Below are positions 24,346 through 33,904 of a stretch of 64,000 bases of DNA, piece by piece. Position 1 is the stretch's first letter, and each line of letters starts with the position of its first letter. The position numbers and the translations under genes are program-made. The stretch covers positions 6,562,491-6,626,490 of the forward strand of contig NC_057720.1 in assembly GCF_004010195.1 (NCBI RefSeq), given 5' to 3'. The notes below the pieces were generated by a model. The model was not told the DNA's origin. It did no database searches and worked only from the letters and a program-made list of their open reading frames with translations. This DNA comes from Chiloscyllium plagiosum (Eukaryota).

Positions 24346-24562
24346 GGAGAAAGTGAGGTCTGCAGATGCTGGAGATCAAAGTTGAAACTTTATTGCTGGA
24401 ACAGCACAGTAGGTCAGGCAGCATCCAGGGAACAGGAGATTCGACGTTTCGGGCACAGGCCCTTCTTCATTCCTGAAGAAGGGCCTGTGCCCGAAACGTC
24501 GAATCTCCTGTTCCCTGGATGCTGCCTGACCTGCTGTGCTGTTCCAGCAATAAAGTTTCAAC
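24346..24562. mobile_element. Young palindromic PLE-derived insertion
   Basis: ~88-bp arms with one visible mismatch (24381-24562); perfect 15-bp TSD at 24331-24345 and 24563-24577. Confidence 0.92.
24469..24504 (+). ncRNA. Minimal type I hammerhead ribozyme motif
   Basis: ATTC-CTGAAGA-A-GGGC-CTGT-GCCC-GAAA-CGTC-GAAT: 4-bp stem I (ATTC/GAAT), 4-bp stem II, palindromic ACGT in place of stem III, GUC cleavage triplet. Confidence 0.78.
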
Positions 24563-24939
24563 TAGTGGTTAGCACTGCTGCCTCACAGCACCAGAGACCT
24601 GGGTTCAATTCCCGCCTCAGGCAACTGCCTGTGTGGAATTTGCACATTCACCCCGTGTCTGCGGTTTCGTCCGGGTGCTCTGGTTTCCTCCCACAGTCCA
24701 AAAAAAGTGCAGGTTAGGTGATTTGGCCATGCTAAATTTCCCGTAGTGTTAGATGTAGGGGAATGTATCTGGGTGGGTTGCTCTTTGGAGGGTCAGTAAG
24801 GCCTTGTTGGGCCGAAGGGCTTGTTTCCACACTGTGAGTAATCTAATCATTACCTAACATACCAATAATCTGGGGACCTGGGTTTGGAAATGAATTCAAT
24901 AAGTATCTGGGATTAAGAATCTAATGAATTTTAAAAGCA

Positions 24940-25285
24940 TTTGTTCATGGGATAAGGGTATTGCTGGGTGGACCAACACTTACTGTCCACCCCTAATTGC
25001 CCAGAGGGCAGTTAAGAGTCAACTACATGGCTGTGGGTCTGGAGTCACATGCAGACCAGACCAGGTAAGAATGGCAGTGTCCTTCCCTAAAGGACATTAG
25101 TGAACCAGATGGACTTTTCCCAACAATCAGTTCATGATCATCATTCGACCCTTAACTTAAGATTTTTGTTGAATTCAAATCCCACCATCTGCCATGGCCT
25201 GCTTCAAACCCAGGTCCCCAGAACATTACCTGGGTCTCTGGATTAACAGTGCAGCAATAATACCACTAGGCCACCACCTTCCCCT
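24940..25285 (-). mobile_element. tRNA-head SINE with LINE-derived tail (family B)
   Basis: Colinear with 1160-1490. Confidence 0.8.
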
Positions 25286-25540
25286 AAGCCATTAGGGGAC
25301 CACAATGACCATACAGATTTGACCGTTACTTTGGAGGAGATTTCTCGTTCCAAAAAATGAAAACATCCTTTTGCCAAAAACCAGTCTTCAGGATTCCTGA
25401 CCTGCAAAATCAAATGCAGGAGCAGATCCAGGGCTCAGGATGAACAGGGAGTGCATCCAACATACATTCCATGGTGACATGGAGATGAAAAGACATGACA
25501 AGTGGTCAGCACTGTAATAGTCCAGCCATCAGCATCAGTA

Positions 25541-25751
25541 CAGGGGACCTCCGCCCCGTAGGGGATACATTCCAAGACCTACCGCAGAAACCGGAATCTG
25601 CGGATAATCACAAACCCATTCAGTTAAGCGGGAAAATTACCTTCCCAGGAGCCCCGTGGTCCCTGCTTCTGGAATGTTCCCTGTAATATGTTCGGGCCAC
25701 GGTAAACCACGGGTAACTGAAACCACGGAAAATGATTCCCCGGTCACCCTG
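25541..25751. mobile_element. Tigger/pogo-type MITE
   Basis: TA-CAGGGGACC ... GGTCACCCTG-TA ends; internal GGGGATACATTCCAAGACC..GCGGATA resembles MER2/Tigger subterminal motifs. Confidence 0.6.
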
Positions 25752-26159
25752 TATGAGAGAAAGATTTAACACAATCAGAATTAAAGCACCCTTTATGGAT
25801 CTACCTGATATATCAGAATAGTTTTGGAGTTACCATCATGGGAGAATGGATCCCATTTGTTGCTGCCATTTGCTGTTGAACTGTCAAAGTGTCACCAACT
25901 ATAGAAAGTAAAGAAAGTTCCTTGAAGTAAACAAAATGAAGAGAATTCCATGGTCAAGGATGTAGATAATGATGAATCTGAATACATTGTTTCCTCTGGT
26001 CAGGGAATCCAGAACTAAAGGGCCCGGTTTAAGTTTAAGACGGCGGTGGGAAGAAGGTTCTTCTCTCAGAAGGTCATTAGTGAGTGGACTTCTCTTCCTC
26101 AGAGAACATGGGACTCACTGAAATGTACCCAAGGCTGAAATAGCTCCAGGCAACATCAA

Positions 26160-26750
26160 CACAAACTGCATCCCATTTTCCACTTGGGAGTCTCGCAGAG
26201 GATTGAGATCTTTTCCCCCTGCTTTCCCCCATTCCCACACACTAAACCTTGCCAACATATAGGCTGCTATCACCCAATACCCATTGGCAGCCACTAATAG
26301 TCCCCATTAGCAGCTAACCATTCCTTCAGACTGACCTTTAAGCACTCCTTTGTCTATCCAATTATTCTTCTGTCTTTTTTGGTTCTGTTTCCACCCAATG
26401 TTTACTCTTCCTCTCCCACCCCCCACTCCCCACCCCCACCCCATCCCATCTTTTGTGTAAAATCCATCTTTTCCCCAGTTCTGAGGAAGAGGGTCACTCA
26501 CCCAAAATCTTAATTCTGATTTCTCTCCACAGATGCTGCCAGACCTTTTTAGATTACATTTTTTTTAGATTACATTACAGTGTAGAAACAGGCCCTTCGG
26601 CCCAACAAATCCACACCGACCCGCCGAGGAATTGAACCCGGGTCTCAGGAGCTGTGAGGCAGCAGTGCTGACCACTGTGCCACCGTGCCACCTGCTGAGC
26701 TTTTCCAGCAGTTTCTGTTCTTTGTTCCAGCATCAGCTGTTCTTTCAGTT
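26160..26750 (+). mobile_element. PLE 3' UTR + pLTR (family 3), with an internally deleted HE1 (26550-26690, minus) inserted
   Basis: Pyrimidine-rich spacer, then TTCTGAGGAAGAGGGTCAC..CTCTCCACAGATGCTGCCAGACC, resuming TGCTGAGCTTTTCCAGCA. Confidence 0.7.
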
Positions 26751-26819
26751 TTTTTTAAAATAGATCAGTTTTTGATTGATAAAGAAGTCAAAGGTTATGG
26801 GAAGAAAGTGCTGCTTAGT

Positions 26820-27280
26820 TTTGAAAAAGGTGCAGAGGAGATTTCAGGAATTTGCCAGGTTGAAAGGAAGGTCTCATGAGGAAAGGCTGAGGGACTTGGG
26901 TCTGTTCTCATTGGAGAGAAGAAGACAAAGAGGGGATTTAATAAATACACACAAGATGATCAGAGATATGATAGACAATGAGATTCTTTTTCCTAGGATG
27001 ATGACATCTGCTTGTACGAGGGGGAATAGCTGCAAATTGAGAGGTGATAGGTTTAAGACAGATGTCAGAGGCAGGTTCTTACTCAGAGAGTGGTAAGGGC
27101 GTGGAATGCCCTACCTGCCAATGTAGTTAATTCAGCCACATCAGGGAGATTTAAACAGTCCTTGGATAAGCACATGGATGAAGATGGGATATTGTAGGGG
27201 GATGGGCTTAGATTAGTTCACAGGTGGGTGCAACACTGAGGGCCGAAGGGCCTGTTCTGCGCTGCATGTTCTACGTTCTA
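26820..27280 (+). mobile_element. CR1/HER1 3' end
   Basis: LRDLGLFSLERRRQRGDLI; tail GGGCCTGTTCTGCGCTG..TGTTCTA. Confidence 0.88.
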
Positions 27281-27584
27281 GGTTAGGACAAAACCAGCTC
27301 TGCCATGATCTTACTGAATCACAGAGAAGGCTCAATGGGCTGAGTGGTTCACTCCCACTCCCATGATCCTCTGGTGTTAGCATTCCTGGAAGTACTCTGA
27401 GCCATGGAAGGACAACAACAGGCCCAGGAATGGTAAAACTGGAACAAAAAATGCTTCACTGAAAGGACTGAGGAATGCCAAATAGAATTTAATTAGATAA
27501 ATGTGACATGCTGCACTTTGATAACGCAAATCAGGGCAGGGCTTAGACCCTTGGTGTCCAAATCGCTGTGTTACACAAATAGAG

Positions 27585-27830
27585 GACCATCCACTATCCT
27601 CTGAGAAAAAGAACAGGAAATGGCATCACCAACATAGGAAATGACATCACCAACCCAAGGAAACCTAAACACATAAATAGAAAGCGGGTCACTAACATCA
27701 ACACTTCACTGGAGGCTTACTGATGATGTTACCTAGTATGGTGATGAAACGTCTGAAAACGAACCTTCCAGCTCAGTGAGCTAAGTTACATTCAGAGCCT
27801 CAACCTGAGCGACAAATCTTCTCAAAACTC
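27585..27830 (+). mobile_element. PLE pLTR (family 2)
   Basis: Homologous to the end of the GIY-YIG-bearing element at 40035-40760. Confidence 0.8.
27720..27757 (+). ncRNA. Minimal hammerhead ribozyme motif (family 2)
   Basis: CTGATGA-TGTTACC-TAGTAT-GGTGAT-GAAA-CGTC-TGAA. Confidence 0.65.
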
Positions 27831-28189
27831 ATTAAATATAGTACTGTTTCAGATTTTCATACAAGCTGGTGTTCAGTACATTATGTTGTGGGCATCATTG
27901 CTAACGCTGTGTTAGCTCGGCACGGGGTTGATGTTGAAATTAATTACAGTCATTCAACTCATAATTCAAAGTTTATCAGAATTTAATTATTGATTTGTTA
28001 AAGTGTAATGAAGGAAACAAAAACTAAATGAAATCATGAATTAGTTTATTAATTAGTGTTGGGCATATTGGCTAGCAGAGAACCGCACTTCAAGAATTTG
28101 AAAGGAAGAGGCAATTCACAACCAGATTATTGTCAGGGTTTTAGAGAGGACTTTATTAGATCTCTGGCAGCTTAGAGGTGATTTAGCAC

Positions 28190-28430
28190 TGGAGAAAACT
28201 GATCAAACATGAGAAAACAGAAGCACTCTTCCAAAGCCTCAAGAGAATGTAATGCACTGGAATCCCAAACAGTGTGATGTCTGACAATGGGCAAATGAGC
28301 AGCATTAAAATCTCACAAAATCGCTTTACCATTTCAACTCCCTCTCCCCAAGCAAATGGAAAGGAGGAAAGAGCGGTTGACAAATATTTAAATCTGTATT
28401 GAAGTAAAATGATAACTTAAACCTCCCTCT
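28190..28430 (+). mobile_element. Gypsy LTR-retrotransposon integrase relic
   Basis: TGIPNSVMSDNGQ and SPQANGKEERAV match the integrase DDE-domain motifs (GIP..SDNG, PQANG.AER.V). Confidence 0.7.
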
Positions 28431-28725
28431 TAAAAAATCCATAAGACCATCAGCGACAGGGACAAAGACATACAGGGAGAGGTGGAGTAATGGGCTAGCA
28501 TCAGGAACATACATGAAAATGATGTAACAATGACGTCCAAGAAACATGACTAGTTCCCTAAAAGAGATCTGACAGGAGACAAAATCCCCCACCTCATGCA
28601 AATGTTTTTCTTTGCTTTTAAATAAAAGGTTCTTGCATTGAACACCATAGACTCAAGCAGTGTGTGGTAATCAGAAATCACTGTTAAAACTCAACAGGTC
28701 TGGCAGCCCTGTGGAGGGAAAACAG

Positions 28726-28765
28726 AATTAACATTTCGGGTCCCCAGTGACCCTTCTTCAGAACT
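28726..28765 (-). ncRNA. Hammerhead motif in a PLE family 3 pLTR fragment (28655-28770)
   Basis: Reverse complement AGTT-CTGAAGA-A-GGGTC-ACTGGG-GACCC-GAAA-TGTT-AATT with a 5-bp stem II. Confidence 0.6.
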
Positions 28766-29254
28766 GGAAAACCAGACAACTTCAAATAATTCTTCACAAT
28801 TATTTGGCAAAACATTGAAACAGAACTCTGGGATTCCCTCCTGAAGTCTCCCTTTTCCTTTAAGATGCTTCTTAAGACCTCCCTGTCTGTTTCAGCTTTT
28901 GCTTACCTGTCCTATTCTCCCTTATACATGGCTTAGTGGCAAATCTTTCCTGATAAGCCTGAGGATGTTTTCAACACCTGAACCTCCCAGTACGACATCA
29001 GTTCAAGTTGTTGTTGTGGATGTTTAGGCTGTCTTTAACAATATTGCGTTTGTGTTTTCTAACTGAATATAAGGGGCAATTCGAGAAGTGATCTATGTGG
29101 AGATTGTAAAAGGACAGTGATTCTCCTGGGTGACAATGAGTAAAGAATTTGCTTAGAGCCATTTGACCTCTATGACCCTTACTTTGCTTGAGGCCAGGCA
29201 AAGACAGAAGATTGGGAACGTGTCTAAGGGACACAAGAACATAATAATAGGAAG

Positions 29255-29705
29255 AGGTCCTTCAAGATATTTACCAGGATGTGGCCTGGGCTGGAGAGTT
29301 TCAGAGATGATGAGTGATTGAACAGACTGTGATTGTCTTCCTTAGTATGGGGGAAATTGAGAGGGGACGTGATTGAGATGTATAAAGTTACAGTGGGGGG
29401 GCATAGAGAGGGTAGATAGCAAAAAACGTACCCCTTGATGGGACCAATGACCATGGAAAATAGATTTAAGGGAAGGGACAGGAGGGGATGTGAGGAAGAT
29501 GGTGGGAATGTGGAACTCACTGCCTGTAAGAGTGGTAGACGCAGAAACCCTCATAACATTGAAGAAGTATTTGGATGTGCATTTGCAATGCCAGGGCATG
29601 TAAGAAAATGAGCCAAATGATTAGAATAGTTAAGTGGCTGTTTTTGACTGGCATGGACACAATGGGCTGAAGGGCCTTCGTTTGTGCTGCAGACCTCTAT
29701 GACTC
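29255..29705 (+). mobile_element. CR1 3' fragment
   Basis: Degenerate RGDVIEMYK, WNSLP motifs and a GGGCTGAAGGGCC..CTCTATGACTCT tail. Confidence 0.75.
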
Positions 29706-30387
29706 TAAGCCTGTTCCACCATTCCAAGAGGTCATATCTGATCAGTGACCTAACTCCATACACTCACATTTGCCTGATAAGTCATAATACCTTTGAATAA
29801 CAAAAGCATAACAACCTCATGCTTAAAACTAATAATTCATCCAGCATCAGATATCATGTGTGTCATGAAGAGGGTTCTAAATTTCTATCACCCACTGTAT
29901 GTAGAAGAGCTTGCAGACCAGGTATCCTGGTAACATTCCTCTGACAAGTAAGAACAATTATAAACAAGAACATTACCAAAAATCAGTGAAGGGTCAATTT
30001 CAGTGAGTTTCATGGAGGGTTCCTCTCCACTGATTGAGCTTTCCTTCCAAAGCAGCCTTCCTTCCATTGACTCTGTCTATACTTCCCACTGCCTCAGGAA
30101 AGCAACCAACATCATCAAAGACCCCTCCCACTCTGGTTATACTCCTTCCACCCTCTTCAGTCAGGCAGAAAATACAAAAGTTTGAAAACACGTACCAACA
30201 GATTCAAGAACAGCTTCTTCCCCGCAGGTAGGTGCAGGTTAGTGTGGGATCAACATTGGTACAACACTGCTCCCACACTAACCTGCACCTACCAGGGACA
30301 GAGATATTCACCAAGACCCTACTGGGATTTCTACTGTTGGCACTGTGATTAAATCCCAGCTGTCAACCAGCTCAATTGCTGCCAGAC

Positions 30388-31262
30388 AGGATTTGATTTG
30401 ATTTAGTATTGGCACATAGATTAGGTTGGGATATCTGATCGGCATGGACGGTTGGACCGAAGGGTCTGCTTCCATGCTGTACATCTCTATGACTCTATGT
30501 ACTGAGATACTATGAAAAGTATTGTGTGCTAGCCAGAAAAATCATAGCTTACATAAATACATCAGGGCAACTGAACATAATGCAGAATATGGTCTGACAG
30601 CTGCAGAGAAGGTTCACAGAAAGATCAACTGGAATGTATGTGATGTCCATTCATACGTCTGATAACAGCGGGGAAGAAGCTGTTCTTGAATCTGTTGGTA
30701 CGTGTTTTCAAACTTTTGTATTTTCTGCCTGACAGAAGAGGGTGGAAGGAGTATAACCAGAGTGGGAGGGGTCTTTGATGATGTTGGTTGCTTTCATGAG
30801 GCAGTGGGAAGTATAGACAGAGTCAATGGAAGGAAGGCTGCTTTGCGTGATGTTCATAATTCTCTGTAATTTCATGCAGTCTTGGGCAGAGCACTTGCCA
30901 TACCAAGGTGAAAAGTGAGGACTGCAGATGCTGGAGATCAGAGTCTAGATTAGAGTGGTGCTGGAAAAGCACAGCAGGTCAGGCAGCATCCGAGGAGTAG
31001 GAAAGTCGGCGATTCGGGCAAAAGCGCTTCATCTGGAATGAGCTTTTGCCCAAAACGTCGATTTTCCTGCTCCTCGGATGCTGCCTGACCTGCTGTGCTT
31101 TTCCAGCACCACTCTAATCTAGGCACTTGCCATACCAAACTGTGATACATCTGGATGGGATGCTTTCTGTGGTGCATCCATAAAAATTGGGAAGAGTCAT
31201 TGTGGTCATGCTGAATTTCCTTAGCATTTGGAGGAAGTAGAGGCATTGGTGTGCTTTCTTGA
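30388..31262 (-). mobile_element. Rex1/Babar LINE 3' part, interrupted by a CR1 tail (30418-30498) and a PLE palindrome
   Basis: KATNIIKDPSHSGY..TRTNRFKNSFFPAVIR on the minus strand; (GATTT)n tail. Confidence 0.8.
30907..31122. mobile_element. Palindromic PLE-derived insertion
   Basis: Perfect 16-bp TSD GCACTTGCCATACCAA at 30891-30906 and 31123-31138. Confidence 0.88.
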
Positions 31263-32234
31263 CTCATCATCACAGGAAACGTGGTAGCAAGGAAACTGAT
31301 GAGAGCTGCTTCAGAGGGTAAAGAACTGGCCCAGCTGATGCTTCATTACAAACAGAAACCCCCATTTCTAAATGGTTTGGTATTTTGGGGAGAAAGCAGA
31401 ACAAGGCACAGAGTTGGATGATTGGCAGTGATTACACTGCATGGGGTAAGCAGAACCGAAGTGCCAAATGGCCTGCTGTGTCCCTATTGCCTATGCATTT
31501 GCACCGTCACCTGCCTGATCGACTGCCAGTTTAACAACAGCGCCAGGAATCAAGCTGCCCTAAGGGTTAAAGCATGTTTGAACTTTGTCTGAGGGAGGGC
31601 TATTCTCGCCCTGACGCCCAGTGAGCATAACATCCCATCATTGTTGAAGACTGATCATGGGCAATTCCCTGACCCACTTAGAAGGACCACACTGACTGAT
31701 GAATGACTAGGCCCCTGACTCATCTCTGTTGAAGCTGCTGATTAACCACTAATGCCCAAGTAGTTGCACAGGATGTGCAGGACTGATAATGGCCCACTTT
31801 CCTGGGGAGTGTAATAAGACAGAAACCTGGCTTTGAATAACACAATCATCTCAACAGCTCTTCCTAAGCTCATGGACAGATATTGGACAATATGCTTCAT
31901 TTACTGTGCTGGTACCCCCCACTGGTGACATCCTAATCAATCTGGTAGAGGCCTAATCCCCTCAAACATTGAGATATGCTCACTTCACATGCAGTGTACT
32001 TGCTGGCACACATTGTAGGTCTGAGCTCGATGTGCTGTAAATACTCTTTCACTGTTCACTATTGACAAACGTGACAAGTTTCCAGAATTTGTGCCTGAGC
32101 TCAGAGGCACTGTAAGACAGAATGACAGTGAGCCACTAAGTTTTGAGTGAGGCAGCAATGTGCAAAAAGGCAAAGCAAGGCAGAGATGCTGTGAGCATGA
32201 GAACTCTGAGATGTTCTGATGGTTGAGATAGGTT

Positions 32235-32790
32235 GTGTGCCCGTTCCTGTGCGCCTGTGGCCAAACATTTCAACTCCCCCTCCCACTCTGCTGAGGACAT
32301 GGAGGTCCTGGGCCTCCTTCACCGCCGCTCCCTCACCACCAGACGCCTGGAGGAAGAACGCCTCATCATTCGCCTCGGAACACTTCAACCCCAGGGCATC
32401 AATGTGGACTTCAACAGTTTCCTCATTTCCCCTTCCCCCACCTCACCCTAATTCCAAACTTCCAGCTCAGCACTGTCCCCATGACTTGTCCAGACTTGTC
32501 CTACCTGCCTATCTCCTTTTCCACCTATCCACTCCACCCTCTCCACCCTGACCTATCACCTTCATCCCCTCCCCCACTCACCCATTGTACTCTATACTAC
32601 TTTCTCCCCACCCCCACCCTCCTCTAGCTTATCTCTCCACACTTCAGGCTCTCTGCCTTTATTCCTGATGAAGGGCTTTTGCCCCAAACGTCAATTTTAC
32701 TGCTCCTCGGATACTGCCTGAACTGCTGTGCTCTTCCAGCACCACTAATCCAGAATCTGGTTTCCAGCATCTGCAGTCTTTGTTTTTACC
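32235..32790 (+). mobile_element. Penelope-like element 3' end (GIY-YIG C-terminus + pLTR)
   Basis: ORF 32233..32451 PVAKHFNSPSHSAEDMEVLGLL..RRLEEERLIIRLGTLQPQGINVDF; pyrimidine-rich UTR; hammerhead core at 32665 with GAAA mutated to CAAA. Confidence 0.9.
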
Positions 32791-33142
32791 CTGTGCACAA
32801 AGCAGCCTGGTGACAGTATTGCAATGCAAAGCATCAACCCACTCCAAACCGCAGTGCTGAAGTGTTGAACTCCTTTGCAAATACCATGCTGATGAGTTGA
32901 GGCTTGATGCCAGTCTTTGTGGGTGGAGTGGGGGTGGTTGTTGGTGGTGGGTGGGTGGGGGATGGAATGCTGGTCACTGTCCATGGAACTGCCTGCAAAG
33001 ATATGGAGGCACGGAAGAGGAAGCGGTGAGCTGGAATCACCAGGTAACGTGGGTGGCAACTCTCAAGGATCTGTGTACCTGGACACCGAGATCTCTTTGA
33101 TTTTCAAGTCTCGAATGGTCACTACCTAGTTGTGACATGATG

Positions 33143-33460
33143 ATTAGCACTGCTGCCTCACAGCGCCAGGGACCTGGGTTTGATCCCAGCCTCGGGTGAC
33201 TGTGGAGTTTGCACATTCTCCCCGTTTCTGCGTGGGTTTCCTCCAGTTTCCTCCCACAGTCGGAAGATGCACAGGTTAGATGAACTGGTCATGCTAAATT
33301 GCCCATAGTGTGCAGGGATGTGTAGGTTAGCTGCATTAGTCAGGGGGAAATGTAGGACAGAATTGGAATGGGTCTGGGTGGGTACTCTTTGAACGGTCAG
33401 TGTGGACTTGCTGGGCAAAAAGGCCTGTTTCCACACCATAGAGATTCTATGTAATTCTAA
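33143..33460 (+). mobile_element. HE1/V-SINE
   Basis: TTAGCACTGCTGCCTCACAGCGCCAGGGACCTGGGTTTGATCCC head, V-domain and tail. Confidence 0.88.
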
Positions 33461-33904
33461 GTTCATGTCCGCTGCATGGGAGAACAGGAAATTAGATACT
33501 AATGAGGTGTTAGTGCCTGCAACTGGGGTTCACATCACTCCCTTGTGAGATTCTCACCTCACTGACGGAATGATGGGTAGAAAATCAGATTTGTTTTCCT
33601 CAGAATCGAGATTCTCATTGTTCCAACTAACTTCCCATCACCTATGTCATTCAGAGACTGGGAAAATTAAGTCCAGAGTAAATGTTTGTTACCTAGCCTT
33701 TCGTTATAAGATCTTCCTCTGTGTAAAATGGCTGCCACATATTCCTGCATAGCAATTAAGCAATTTCACAAGAGAACATTACAGATTTTTTTTCTGCAGC
33801 AGGTTGTTATATCAATGTGAATCCAACTGTAGTTATTGAGTCATAAAGACTTATAGCGCAGAAACAGACCCTTCAGTCGAACTCATCCATGCCAGCTGGA
33901 TATA

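Larger units (their letters stand above)
24318..24850 (+). mobile_element. HE1/V-SINE split by a palindromic PLE insertion
   Basis: Head TAGTGGTTAGCACTG duplicated around the insert; V-domain; AATCTAATC tail. Confidence 0.88.
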
